DNA from: Patescibacteria group bacterium
Lineage (GTDB): Bacteria; Patescibacteriota; Minisyncoccia; Minisyncoccales; GWA2-38-27
DNA length: 32,086 nt
Direction of reading: 5' to 3'
Assembly: GCA_020148045.1 (NCBI GenBank)
Contig: JAHCRG010000003.1
Coordinates: forward strand, 1-32,086
Shown here: positions 9,501 to 18,206 of the stretch, piece by piece
Numbering within the stretch: position 1 is the stretch's first letter
Layout: each line of letters begins with the position of its first letter
The notes under the pieces: generated by a model
What the model was told of the DNA's origin: nothing
The model's database searches: none
The model's input: the letters and a program-made list of their open reading frames with translations, nothing else
Translations under genes and position numbers: made by a program

Positions 9501-9737
9501 AGATTTGGAGAGATGGAAGTTTGGGCTTTAGAAGGATACGGAGCAGCTGATATTTTACAAGAGATGTTAACGATAAAGTCAGATGATGTTTTAGGAAGAG
9601 CAGCGACTTATGAGGCGGTTTTAAAGGGAGAGCCAATTAAAAATCCAAACATCCCGGCCTCATTTAATCTTTTAGTTAACGAATTAAAATCTTTAGGGCT
9701 TAGTGTGGAAGTGAAGGAAAAGCCCAGGGAGAAATAG
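6546..9737 (+). CDS. rpoB: DNA-directed RNA polymerase subunit beta
   Basis: Motifs QFMD.NPL..HKRR, GDKLAGRHGNKGV, GGQRFGEMEVWALEGYGA; ATG at 6546 preferred over TTG 6537. Confidence 0.99.
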   Translation: MKTKNFSKSKVSLHLPYLLTLQKESWQWFWSEGLKDLFSEIFPIRDHTGKELELWFLDYKLDEPKYKTDLEAKRNNDSYEASLRVKAKLVSLKTKGIKEQEVFLTDFPLMTERGTFVVNGIERVAISQLIRSPGAFFNLQTIRGRNRFGAKIIPNRGAWLEFETDASGFIGVKIDRKRKVAATTLLKALSGLDNKQIKGIFQDVDRDPDIKYIEETLKRDPTKDQPEALVEIYRRLRPGDLVTPDTARELIESVFFNFERYDLSKVGRWRMWQRLPALRETRRKKKVEGKITPEDRVLKPEDIIEVIREIIRLNNDPEAKADEIDHLGNRRVRTVAELLQNRVRVGLMRMERIVKDKMSTLDTHTLTPAQVINPRPVMAIVKEFFTSSQMCQFMDNENPLAELEHKRRLSATGPGGLTRERAGFEVRDVQPSHYGRICPIQTPEGPNIGLVNHLASFAEVNPYGFVETPYFKVEKGKVTSKIQYLSAFEEEKYNIAHGGVAVGDRGNIIPKKVEARIKGEPGLIDRNKIDFMDVSTEQCFSVGTSLIPFLQNDDANRALMGSNMQRQSVPLVKPEVPLVCSGVEERVARDSGQEVIAEEDGKVIEVDAGHIEVKQGSQRKSYDLKTFVRTNQYTCFHQRPVVQKGQKVKKEDILADGGAISQGRLALGQNVLVAFLSWQGANFEDAIIISERLVKDDYYTSIHLENLTCDVRETKLGPEITTCDIPNVSEEKLKDLDEEGIVRVGAEVGPNDILVGKISPKGEAGLTAEERLLRAIFGEKARDVKDTSLLMEHGKRGRVVEVKVFSREQGHKLEPGIMRRIEVEVAVVRKIQAGDKLAGRHGNKGVISKVVPVEEMPFLEDGTPIDIVLNPLGVASRMNVGQILETHLGLAAKKLGYVAISPAMAGAAEADIKEELKKAGFSEEGKLTLYDGRTGLPFLEKITVGYIYMMKLIHMVEDKIHMRSIGPYSLITQQPLGGKAQFGGQRFGEMEVWALEGYGAADILQEMLTIKSDDVLGRAATYEAVLKGEPIKNPNIPASFNLLVNELKSLGLSVEVKEKPREK
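7361..7380. repeat. GC-rich perfect hairpin inside rpoB
   Basis: GCAGCGCC-TGCC-GGCGCTGC, 8-bp stem. Confidence 0.6.
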
Positions 9738-9741
9738 AATT

Positions 9742-12700
9742 ATGCGGGTTCAAGATTTAGAAGCAATAAGAATAAAACTTGCCTCACCAGAGGAGATTTT
9801 AAGTTGGAGTTATGGTGAGGTTACTAAACCTGAAACCATTAATTACCGAACTCAGAGGTCTGAAAAAGATGGTCTTTTTTGTGAAAGAATTTTTGGCCCA
9901 GGAAAAGATTATGAGTGCTATTGCGGTAAATATAGAAGAATTCGTTACAAAGGGATAGTTTGCGATAGATGCGGGGTTGAGGTAACAAAGTCATCGGTGA
10001 GGCGGGAAAGAATGGGGCATATAGAATTAGCCTGTCCGGTTTCTCACATTTGGTTTTTACGGGGGGTTCCTTCAAGAATAGGAATGGTTTTAGGTATTCC
10101 TATGCAGCAGCTGGAAAAAGTAATTTATTTCGCAGCTTACATTGTTACTGACGTCAATAAAGAAGCAAAGGAAAAAGCTTTGAAGGAAATTGAAAAAGAA
10201 TACAAAATTAAAACAAAAAATAAAAAACAAAAAATAAAAAACAAAAAAGAATTGAAGACCAATTTAGAGGAATTGAAGGCAGCGAGGGGCAGGGCAAGGG
10301 AAGAGATTTTAGGGATTGAACCCTTAAGAGTTTTTTCTGAAGTTGAATATTATGATTATTCTTTGAAATATGGTGAAGTTTTTGAAGCAGGAACAGGAGC
10401 TGAGACCTTAAGAAAAATTTTTGAGAAGATTGATTTAAAAAAAGAGATTAAGAAATTGAAAAAGGAGGAAGAAAAAGTAACATCAATATCTCGGAGAAAA
10501 ATTTTAAGGAGATTGAGGTTTTTAGAGGGTCTGGTTAAAGCTGGCATTAGACCTGAATGGATGTTTTTAACGGTTTTGCCAATTTTACCACCCGATTTAA
10601 GACCAATGGTTCAATTGGATGGCGGTCGTTACGCTTCTTCTGATTTGAATGACCTTTATCGGAGGGTAATCAATCGAAACAACCGCTTAAAATACTTATT
10701 GGAGATTGCCGCTCCGGAAGTGATTGTTAGAAATGAAAAAAGGATGCTCCAGGAAGCGGTTGATGCTTTGGTTGATAACGGGATGAGAAAAGGGATTTTG
10801 ACTACAGCTACTACTGGAGGGAGAAGGTTATTAAAATCTTTAGCTGATATGCTTAAAGGGAAACAAGGCAGATTCCGCCAGAATCTTTTGGGAAAGCGAG
10901 TCGATTATTCAGGGAGGTCAGTAATTGTTGTCGGTCCACAATTAAAACTTCATCAGTGCGGACTTCCAAAGAAAATGGCTTTGGAGTTGTTTAAACCCTT
11001 TGTTATTAAGAGAATTTTAGATAAAGAACTTGCCTATAATGTTCGGGGAGCTTCAAAATTAATTGAACAGGGAACCGATGAGGTCTGGGCAATTTTAGAG
11101 GAAGTGGTCAAAGATAAATTGGTTTTGCTAAATCGTGCCCCTACCCTTCACCGTTTAGGAATTCAGGCATTCCAGCCGGTTTTGATTGAAGGAGAATCAA
11201 TTGAGGTCCACCCTATGACTTGTAAGGCATTTAACGCTGATTTTGATGGGGACCAGATGGCAATTCATGTTCCCCTAAGCGAAGGAGCTCAAAAAGAGGC
11301 AGGAGAAATAATGTTATCTACTCTTAATTTATTGAAACCTGCTACCGGCGTTCCTGTTGTAGCCCCTACTCAGGATATTATTCTCGGCTGTTATTGGATT
11401 ACCAAAATAAAGAAAGAAGCAAAAGGAGAGGGAAAGAATTTCTCTAATCCAGAAGAGGCAATTATGGCCTATGAATTCGGAGATATTGATTTAAGAGCTC
11501 GCATTCGTGTGCGAATGCGAGCCAGTTTGGCAGAGACCTCGGTGGGAAGGATTTTATTTAACGAAACCCTACCCGAAGATTACCCTTTTGTTAACGAAGT
11601 AATAAATTCAAAAAGATTAGAAAAAATAACGGGTGAGATTATTGAGAAATATAAACAGGAAATAATTGAAGATACTTTAGATAAAATTAAAGATTTGGGA
11701 TTTGAAAGCGCTACAATTTCTGGAATAACTTGGGGAATGGATGATTTGATTGTTCCTCCAGAAAAAGAGGAAATTATTAAAGCGGCTGAAAAAGAAATTG
11801 AACTGATTGAAAGTCATTTTAAAAGAGGTTTGCTTTCTAAAGAAGAGAAGAGCAGTAAAGTAATTGAGGTTTGGACAAAAGCAAAATCAGAAGTTGAGAA
11901 ATTAGTGCCAAAAACATTGCCTGAAATGGGTTCAATATTTTCAATGGTTGATTCAGGAGCAAGAGGATCTTGGACCCAGCCGGTTCAAATGGCAGGAATG
12001 AAGGGTTTGGTAATTAATCCAGCCGGCCAAATTATTGAACTGCCGGTAAAGAGTTCTTTTAAGGAGGGGTTTGATGTTTTGGAATATTTCATTTCTACGC
12101 ATGGAGCAAGAAAAGGAACAGCAGATACAGCTTTGCGGACTTCAACTGCTGGGTATCTAACCAGACGTCTTGTTGATGTTTCTCATGAAGTGGTAATTTC
12201 AGAGGAGGATTGCAAAGACCAGGATGGCTTTGAAGTATTCCGACAAGATGCTGATGAATTAGGCCAGGACTTTATCTATAAGATTGTTGGCAGAAAGGCT
12301 TTGGAGGGTATAAAGGGCATTGTCAAGAAAGGAGATATAATTGGCTGGAAAGCAGCAAGAAAGATAAGCGAGCAAGGAATTGAAAAAGTTAAGGTCCGCT
12401 CACCAATTAGTTGTAAATCTGTTCGGGGAATTTGTCAGAAATGCTATGGCTGGGATCTTGGGTCAAATCAATTGATAAAAAAAGGAGCAGCAGTAGGAAT
12501 TGTTGCTGCTCAGGCAATAGGAGAGCCCGGTACCCAGCTAACGATGAGGACTTTTCACACCGGAGGGGTGGCTGGTGGCGGTGATATTACTTTTGGTCTT
12601 CCCCGAGTCCAAGAGATTTTTGAGGCAAGAATACCTGGAGGAAAGGCAGAAATTTCCCGGGTTGAAGGGAAGGTATTAGAAATAACTCCAGAGAGGATAA

Positions 12701-13341
12701 TCAAGATTAAAACGAGCCCCGTTAGGGGTTCCGAGGGCAAAAAAATATCACCGGGCAGACGAACCTCTAACGGGGCGGGTTCCAAGAAAAGTGATGTTGT
12801 TGAGTATAAGATACCTTCCAAAACAGCAATTTTCGTGGAAAAAGGGCAAGATATCAAAAAAGGACAGCAGCTTTGCGAAGGGAATTTAGATTTAAGAGAA
12901 CTATTTAAAATAAAAAATAAAGAAGAGACCCAACGGTATGTCTTAAAAGAAATTCAGAGAATTTATGTTTCTCAGGGAGCAGTTATTCATGATAAACATG
13001 TTGAAGTGATAATTCGCCAGATGTTTTCCCGAGTAAGAATTAAAGAAGTAGGGGATAGTAGTTTTACAATTGGAGAGATTGTTGAAAGATCTAAGTTTCT
13101 TGAAGAAAATGCTAAACTGAAAAAAGAAAAAAAGAAACTGGCAAAAGCTACCGCCGTTTTATTGGGAATTTCCCGGGTAGCTCTTACTACCGATTCCTTT
13201 TTATCTGCTGCCTCTTTCCAAGAAACCTCCAGAGTTCTAATTAGGGCAGCCCTTGAAGGAAAGGAAGATAAATTGCGGGGATTGAAAGAAAACGTAATAA
13301 TTGGTAAACTAATACCAGCAGGGACAGGATTTAAGAAATAA
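9742..13341 (+). CDS. rpoC: DNA-directed RNA polymerase subunit beta'
   Basis: Zn finger CYCGKY...CDRC, catalytic NADFDGD, EPGTQLTMRTFH, ends LIPAGTGFKK. Confidence 0.99.
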   Translation: MRVQDLEAIRIKLASPEEILSWSYGEVTKPETINYRTQRSEKDGLFCERIFGPGKDYECYCGKYRRIRYKGIVCDRCGVEVTKSSVRRERMGHIELACPVSHIWFLRGVPSRIGMVLGIPMQQLEKVIYFAAYIVTDVNKEAKEKALKEIEKEYKIKTKNKKQKIKNKKELKTNLEELKAARGRAREEILGIEPLRVFSEVEYYDYSLKYGEVFEAGTGAETLRKIFEKIDLKKEIKKLKKEEEKVTSISRRKILRRLRFLEGLVKAGIRPEWMFLTVLPILPPDLRPMVQLDGGRYASSDLNDLYRRVINRNNRLKYLLEIAAPEVIVRNEKRMLQEAVDALVDNGMRKGILTTATTGGRRLLKSLADMLKGKQGRFRQNLLGKRVDYSGRSVIVVGPQLKLHQCGLPKKMALELFKPFVIKRILDKELAYNVRGASKLIEQGTDEVWAILEEVVKDKLVLLNRAPTLHRLGIQAFQPVLIEGESIEVHPMTCKAFNADFDGDQMAIHVPLSEGAQKEAGEIMLSTLNLLKPATGVPVVAPTQDIILGCYWITKIKKEAKGEGKNFSNPEEAIMAYEFGDIDLRARIRVRMRASLAETSVGRILFNETLPEDYPFVNEVINSKRLEKITGEIIEKYKQEIIEDTLDKIKDLGFESATISGITWGMDDLIVPPEKEEIIKAAEKEIELIESHFKRGLLSKEEKSSKVIEVWTKAKSEVEKLVPKTLPEMGSIFSMVDSGARGSWTQPVQMAGMKGLVINPAGQIIELPVKSSFKEGFDVLEYFISTHGARKGTADTALRTSTAGYLTRRLVDVSHEVVISEEDCKDQDGFEVFRQDADELGQDFIYKIVGRKALEGIKGIVKKGDIIGWKAARKISEQGIEKVKVRSPISCKSVRGICQKCYGWDLGSNQLIKKGAAVGIVAAQAIGEPGTQLTMRTFHTGGVAGGGDITFGLPRVQEIFEARIPGGKAEISRVEGKVLEITPERIIKIKTSPVRGSEGKKISPGRRTSNGAGSKKSDVVEYKIPSKTAIFVEKGQDIKKGQQLCEGNLDLRELFKIKNKEETQRYVLKEIQRIYVSQGAVIHDKHVEVIIRQMFSRVRIKEVGDSSFTIGEIVERSKFLEENAKLKKEKKKLAKATAVLLGISRVALTTDSFLSAASFQETSRVLIRAALEGKEDKLRGLKENVIIGKLIPAGTGFKK
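10214..10248 (+). repeat. Heptamer tandem repeat (C/T)AAAAAA x5 in rpoC
   Basis: CAAAAAA TAAAAAA CAAAAAA TAAAAAA CAAAAAA, encoding TKNKKQKIKNKK. Confidence 0.8.
11497..11522. repeat. Perfect 11-bp-stem palindrome inside rpoC
   Basis: GCTCGCATTCG-TGTG-CGAATGCGAGC, encoding ARIRVRMRA. Confidence 0.85.
12716..12776. repeat. Inverted-repeat element (16-bp arms, 29-nt spacer) inserted in frame in rpoC
   Basis: GCCCCGTTAGGGGTTC (12716-12731) / GAACCTCTAACGGGGC (12761-12776), 15/16 plus one G-T pair; encodes SPVRGSEGKKISPGRRTSNGA. Confidence 0.9.
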
Positions 13342-13353
13342 AAATTAAGAATC

Positions 13354-15588
13354 GTGTCTAAAAGAAAAAAGCGAAAATTTAAGAGGAGATTTGAAAAGAG
13401 AGAAAAGCGTAGTAGATTTGCTCTGCTTGATGAAATCAAACAAATGATTTTTGGGGTTTTAATGATTTTAATAGCAATAATCATTAGTTTGAGTTTTTTC
13501 GGGAAGGCCGGAAGGGCAGGTCAGTTTTTTATGAGAGGGACCAGGTTTTTAATTGGAGAGACGGTTTTTCTAATTCCTTTAATTTTTATTTTAGGAGGAT
13601 TGGTGCTTTTAAGTATCAAAGGTGACCAGAAGTTTTTTAAAAAGGGAAGAAAAGTTTTTTGGCCAGTAATTTTAGCTGTTTTAATTTTAATTTTAGGACT
13701 CACTGGAATTTTAGGTAGCTTTAATGCCCAAAATATAAGAGGGGGCTGGCTGGGTTATGTTTTAGGCTGGCCCTTTTTAAGGTATTTCGGATTTTGGGCA
13801 ACCCAACTTATTTTTTTAGCTTTAGTTGTTATTGGGGTTTTAATTTTCTGGCAATTTTTGGGTAGATCTCTTAAGAAAGAGAAGCCCGAAGCTGCCCAGG
13901 TTCCGGGCAAACCCCCCACTTTTTCAGAAAAGGTGAGGGGTAAACCTTCCATCATTAAAAGAATTTTTGCCCCCCGATTTAAAGTTAAGGAAATTCCTGG
14001 TTTTGCTCCCAAGGAGGTGGGACAACCCGAAAAGGAGCTGAGCCCTTTGAAGTTGGAAACTAAACCAATAAGTAAAGATATTGTTTTTTCTTATCAGCCC
14101 CCTCCTTTTAATCTACTGGAGCCTGATCATGGGGCTCCTGCCAGTGGCGACACCAGAATAAATTCAGCTATTATTAAAAAAACCTTACAGAACTTTGGTA
14201 TTGAAGTTACAATGTCAGAGATAAATACCGGCCCGACTGTTACTCAATATACTTTGAAGCCGGCTGAAGGAGTGAAATTATCTAAAATAACCGGTCTTTC
14301 CAATGATTTGGCCCTGGCTTTAGCTAGTCACCCAATTAGAATTGAAGCTCCTATTCCAGGGAGGTCTTTAGTAGGGATTGAAGTTCCAAATAATGTTCGG
14401 GCCCAGGTTAGATTGAGAAATTTAATTGAAAATCCTAATTTTCAAAAATCTCCATCAAACTTGGCAATCGCTTTAGGCAGAGATGTTTCAGGCATTCCTA
14501 TTTATACAGATTTAGCTAAAATGCCTCATCTTTTGGTAGCTGGAAGTACTGGAACAGGTAAAACCATTTTTCTGAATTCTTTGATTTTGAGTTTGCTTTT
14601 TCAGCCCAGCACTTCTACTAAGAGTGCAAGCCCCGAAACTTTAAGGTTTATTTTGGTTGACCCTAAAAGAGTTGAGTTCCCGGTTTATAATAATCTTCCC
14701 CATCTTTTGTGCCCGGTGATTTATAGTGCAACTCAAACTATTAGTGCTTTAAAATGGCTGACCAGCGAGATGGAGAGAAGGTTTGATTTATTATCAGAAG
14801 CCCGGGCAAGAGATATTGCTTCTTTCAATGAGTTGACTTTAAAAAATGGAACTGCTCCCTTACCTTTTATTGTTTTTGTTATTGATGAGTTGGCTGATTT
14901 GATGGCAGCTAAAGGAAGAGAGATTGAAGCTGGGATTGTTAGATTAGCTCAGATGGCTAGAGCAGTTGGTATTCATTTGATAGTGGCTACCCAGAGGCCA
15001 TCAGTGGAAGTAATTACCGGCTTAATTAAAGCAAATATAACGTCTAGGGTTACTTTTCAAGTTGCTTCTCAGGTTGATTCCAGAACAGTTCTGGATACAG
15101 CCGGGGCAGAAAAACTTTTAGGTTTGGGAGATATGCTTTATGTTTCGGCAGAAGTAGTTAAACCCAGGAGAATTCAAGGGGCTTATGTTTCAGAGAAAGA
15201 AGTGAGGAAAGTGGTCAAGCATATAACGTCAGAAGTTGAGGAGTTAAAGCCCTCAGTAGAAATGGAAAGCCAGTTAATTAAAGAGTTAAAGAAGGATTTA
15301 GGGGAGACAGGGGCTTCGGGGGCCGGAGCTCTTTATGGCGAGGAAGACCCTCTTTATGAAGAAGCAAAGAGGATGGTTATTGAGGCAAGGAAGGCCTCTG
15401 CCTCTTTGTTGCAGCGGAGGTTGCGAGTTGGTTATGCCCGAGCAGCCAGATTAATTGATATTTTAGAAGAAAAAGGTGTGGTTGGACCTGGAGAAGGAGC
15501 TAAGCCGAGAGAGGTGTACGGCGACGTGGAAACCGAACCAGAAAACCCCGAAAGTCCCGAAGACAAAGGCGAATGGGAAAAAGTCTAA
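13354..15588 (+). CDS. ftsK: DNA translocase FtsK/SpoIIIE
   Basis: N-terminal TM segments, RIEAPIPG, Walker A GSTGTGKT, DELADLM, ATQRPS, gamma domain SASLLQRRLRVGYARAARLID; GTG start. Confidence 0.96.
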   Translation: MSKRKKRKFKRRFEKREKRSRFALLDEIKQMIFGVLMILIAIIISLSFFGKAGRAGQFFMRGTRFLIGETVFLIPLIFILGGLVLLSIKGDQKFFKKGRKVFWPVILAVLILILGLTGILGSFNAQNIRGGWLGYVLGWPFLRYFGFWATQLIFLALVVIGVLIFWQFLGRSLKKEKPEAAQVPGKPPTFSEKVRGKPSIIKRIFAPRFKVKEIPGFAPKEVGQPEKELSPLKLETKPISKDIVFSYQPPPFNLLEPDHGAPASGDTRINSAIIKKTLQNFGIEVTMSEINTGPTVTQYTLKPAEGVKLSKITGLSNDLALALASHPIRIEAPIPGRSLVGIEVPNNVRAQVRLRNLIENPNFQKSPSNLAIALGRDVSGIPIYTDLAKMPHLLVAGSTGTGKTIFLNSLILSLLFQPSTSTKSASPETLRFILVDPKRVEFPVYNNLPHLLCPVIYSATQTISALKWLTSEMERRFDLLSEARARDIASFNELTLKNGTAPLPFIVFVIDELADLMAAKGREIEAGIVRLAQMARAVGIHLIVATQRPSVEVITGLIKANITSRVTFQVASQVDSRTVLDTAGAEKLLGLGDMLYVSAEVVKPRRIQGAYVSEKEVRKVVKHITSEVEELKPSVEMESQLIKELKKDLGETGASGAGALYGEEDPLYEEAKRMVIEARKASASLLQRRLRVGYARAARLIDILEEKGVVGPGEGAKPREVYGDVETEPENPESPEDKGEWEKV

Positions 15589-15713
15589 GCTCCATAAGCT
15601 CAAAAAACAAATTTTGAAATCGCAGGTGTGGACGCACGTTTGTTGATAAGTTTAAATAACGCTATATTATATAAAATAGTTCTTTACAATCCAAAACGAA
15701 AAGTATATTGAAA

Positions 15714-15722
15714 AAGGAGGTG
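15714..15722 (+). promoter_or_regulatory. Strong Shine-Dalgarno site
   Basis: AAGGAGGTG, 7 nt before ATG 15730. Confidence 0.8.
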
Positions 15723-15729
15723 TTTTCCA

Positions 15730-16317
15730 ATGGGATACAGAGGCAAGAGATTTCTGGATGTAACTATTTCTCTTTTTTTGTTGATAATCCTTTCTCCTCT
15801 ATTTCTTTTAGTTGCTTTGGCAATAAGGATTTTCTCTGGCCCCCCGGTTATTTATCCCAGAGAGATGGTGGGATATAAGGGGAAGCATTTTATTGTGTTT
15901 AAGTTCCGTTCAATGATAAGGGGCGCCGATGGGCAAGAAAAGGATATTTTTCTGGAAACGAGAGAAAAAAAATCAATTAAAGATAGCCGAGTAACCAAAA
16001 TAGGAGTTATTTTGAGGAAAACTAGCTTGGATGAATTACCACAGTTTATTAATGTGATAAAAGGAGAAATGACTTTAGTAGGAGCAACAAGACCTAGGTT
16101 TCCCTGGGTAGTGAGTAGATGGTCAGATTCTAGAAGAAAAAATTATACTTCCTTTCCACCAGGTTTAACTGGTTTAGTTCAAGTGACAGATCGTTCTTTT
16201 AGGGATTTTTCGTCAGAAGTTGAGAGATTAGAATCAGAATATTTAGAAAAATGCTCTTTATGGTTCGATTTGAGAATTGTGATAAGGACCATTCCAGTGG
16301 TGATGTTAGGTCGGTGA
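15730..16317 (+). CDS. Bacterial sugar transferase (monotopic phosphoglycosyl transferase, PglC/WcaJ C-terminal type)
   Basis: KRFLD, FKFRSM, D.RVTKIG..LRKTSLDELPQF.NV.KGEM, PGLTGLVQV motifs. Confidence 0.9.
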   Translation: MGYRGKRFLDVTISLFLLIILSPLFLLVALAIRIFSGPPVIYPREMVGYKGKHFIVFKFRSMIRGADGQEKDIFLETREKKSIKDSRVTKIGVILRKTSLDELPQFINVIKGEMTLVGATRPRFPWVVSRWSDSRRKNYTSFPPGLTGLVQVTDRSFRDFSSEVERLESEYLEKCSLWFDLRIVIRTIPVVMLGR

Positions 16318-16318
16318 T

Positions 16319-16348
16319 AAAGCCCTTTATTCAAGAGGGGCTTTTTTT
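16319..16348 (+). terminator. Intrinsic terminator after the sugar transferase
   Basis: AAAGCCC...GGGCTTT stem followed by a T run. Confidence 0.75.
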
Positions 16349-16364
16349 AATTCACAAAGGGGTG

Positions 16365-16392
16365 TTGATTTCTGGTGGTGGTATGTTATTAT
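16365..16392 (+). promoter_or_regulatory. Probable recA promoter (extended -10), predicting a leaderless mRNA
   Basis: TTGATT (16365-16370), 16 nt, TATTAT (16387-16392) preceded by TG-N; ATG at 16398. Confidence 0.55.
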
Positions 16393-16397
16393 AGAAT

Positions 16398-17393
16398 ATG
16401 GCAAAGAAAAAAGAGGAAAAAACTGAAAAAAAGGATTTGCAAGAAGCGGTAGATGAGATTAAACAACGTTTTGGCGAAGGGGCAATTATGAAGCTTAAAG
16501 AAGCCAGAGCGGTTGATATCGATGCTATCCCTACTGGTTCCATTTCTTTAGATTCAGCTTTAGGAGTAGGCGGAATCCCCCGAGGGAGAGTGATTGAGAT
16601 TTATGGGATTGAATCGACCGGAAAAAGTACTTTAGCTTTACATATTTGCGCTGAAGCTCAAAAAAAAGGAGGAGTGGCTGCTTTTATTGATGCTGAGCAT
16701 GCTTTAGACCCTGATTATGGCAGAAGAATTGGGGTCAATATTGATGACCTTTTGATTTCCCAGCCAGATTCAGGGGAACAGGCCTTGCAGATTGTTGAAA
16801 CTTTAGTTAGGTCAGGTGAGGTTGATGTTATTGTTATTGATTCAGTAGCCGCCTTAACTCCAAAAGCAGAGATTGCTGGAGAGATGGGTGAGTTTCAGAT
16901 TGGTCTCCAGGCTCGTTTGATGAGTCAAGCGTTAAGAAAACTTTCCGGGATCGTTGCCAAAACAAAAACAGCTGTTATATTTTTAAATCAAACTCGAATG
17001 AAAATCGGAGTGATGTTTGGGAATCCGGAAACAACTCCGGGAGGATTAGCCTTGAAATTTTACTCTTCAGTCAGGATTAATTTGAGAAGAATTGCTCAGA
17101 TAAAACACGGGGATGAAATTATTGGCAGCCGAATTAAGGCAAAAATAGTTAAAAATAAAGTAGCTGCTCCTTTTAAAATCACTGAGTTTGATATTTACTA
17201 CAATGAGGGCATTTCTTATTTGGCAGATATTTTAAACACTGGTTTAAAACAGGAAATTGTAAAAAAAGCAGGCAGCTGGTATCAGTATGAGGACACCAAA
17301 TTAGGACAGGGAATGGAGGGAGCTAAGGCATTTTTAAAAGCGAACCCTGAAATAACAAAAAAAATAAAAAAAGCCATTGTAGAACAGGTCTGA
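16398..17393 (+). CDS. recA: Recombinase RecA
   Basis: GIESTGKST Walker [39 protein letters not shown]. Confidence 0.99.
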   Translation: MAKKKEEKTEKKDLQEAVDEIKQRFGEGAIMKLKEARAVDIDAIPTGSISLDSALGVGGIPRGRVIEIYGIESTGKSTLALHICAEAQKKGGVAAFIDAEHALDPDYGRRIGVNIDDLLISQPDSGEQALQIVETLVRSGEVDVIVIDSVAALTPKAEIAGEMGEFQIGLQARLMSQALRKLSGIVAKTKTAVIFLNQTRMKIGVMFGNPETTPGGLALKFYSSVRINLRRIAQIKHGDEIIGSRIKAKIVKNKVAAPFKITEFDIYYNEGISYLADILNTGLKQEIVKKAGSWYQYEDTKLGQGMEGAKAFLKANPEITKKIKKAIVEQV

Positions 17394-17419
17394 AGATTTA
17401 AAAAGCGCCCATTTAATTA

Positions 17420-17450
17420 GAGCGTCTTTAAGAAAAAGGCGTTTTTTTCT
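17420..17450 (+). terminator. Probable terminator between convergent recA and rpsR
   Basis: AGCGTCTTT/AAAGGCGTT stem with G-T pairs followed by a T run. Confidence 0.55.
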
Positions 17451-17462
17451 AGAATGATTTAT

Positions 17463-17660
17463 TTATTTTGTCGTGGCTGACAGCAATCCAAGATGTCTTG
17501 CTCGTTTTATTGCTTTTGCGAGCTGGCGTTGATGTTTAGAGCAAACTCCGGTTCTTTTTCTTGCTCTGATTTTGCCCAAGCCAGAGATAAACCTTGAGAG
17601 AAGCTCTGTATTTTTAAAATCAATTTCTTTAATATTTCTTTGGCAAAAGTGACAGTCCAT
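17463..17660 (-). CDS. rpsR: 30S ribosomal protein S18 (Zn-binding C+ form)
   Basis: CHFC...IDFKN..LL.RFIS..GKI...[17 protein letters not shown]; follows ssb. Confidence 0.97.
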   Translation of the reverse strand: MDCHFCQRNIKEIDFKNTELLSRFISGLGKIRARKRTGVCSKHQRQLAKAIKRARHLGLLSATTK

Positions 17661-17663
17661 AAT

Positions 17664-18200
17664 TTAGAAAGGTATCTGCGAGACGTCTATTTCTTCATTA
17701 TTCTGGTCTTTGTCTTTTGGTGGATTTTCAGCCGTGGTCGCTTGGGGCTCTTGGGTAGAGGAAGGTTTCTCTTCTTCTTTCCATTCTTCAATAATCGGGA
17801 TTTCTTCTTGGGACATTTCTTTTTGAGTTTGGTTCGGAACAGAAGGTTCAGGAGAGGTTGTTTGAAAAGAAGCGGTTCTTGGTCCCAATTGTAATCTCTC
17901 AGTAATAATTTCTGTTCGGTATCTTTTATTCCCAGAGGAATCCTGCCAGTTTCTGGTTTGAATCCTTCCTTCAATTAGAACCATTGAACCTTTTCTTAAG
18001 TATTGTTGAGCAATTTCTGCGCTTCTGCCAAAGGCGACAATATTATGAAATTCGGTCCGTTGTTGTTTTTGTCTATCTCTATCATAAAAGATTCTATTAG
18101 TAGCTAGACCAAAGTTAGCTACAGATTGACCCGAAGGTAGAGCTCTAACGATTGGGTCTGCAGTAAGATTTCCTAAAACAAAAACTTTATTTAAATTCAT
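17664..18200 (-). CDS. ssb: Single-stranded DNA-binding protein
   Basis: NKVFVLGNLTADP, IEGRIQTRNW, acidic tail ending IPF; ATG at 18200. Confidence 0.97.
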   Translation of the reverse strand: MNLNKVFVLGNLTADPIVRALPSGQSVANFGLATNRIFYDRDRQKQQRTEFHNIVAFGRSAEIAQQYLRKGSMVLIEGRIQTRNWQDSSGNKRYRTEIITERLQLGPRTASFQTTSPEPSVPNQTQKEMSQEEIPIIEEWKEEEKPSSTQEPQATTAENPPKDKDQNNEEIDVSQIPF

Positions 18201-18206
18201 ATTCAA

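Noticed and set aside
6962-14012. Antisense ORFs within rpoB, rpoC and ftsK
   Set aside because: Fully overlap conserved genes and show no recognisable family
16350-16397. LexA/SOS box upstream of recA (compared with uvrA upstream)
   Set aside because: No shared palindrome or known SOS consensus found in the two regions
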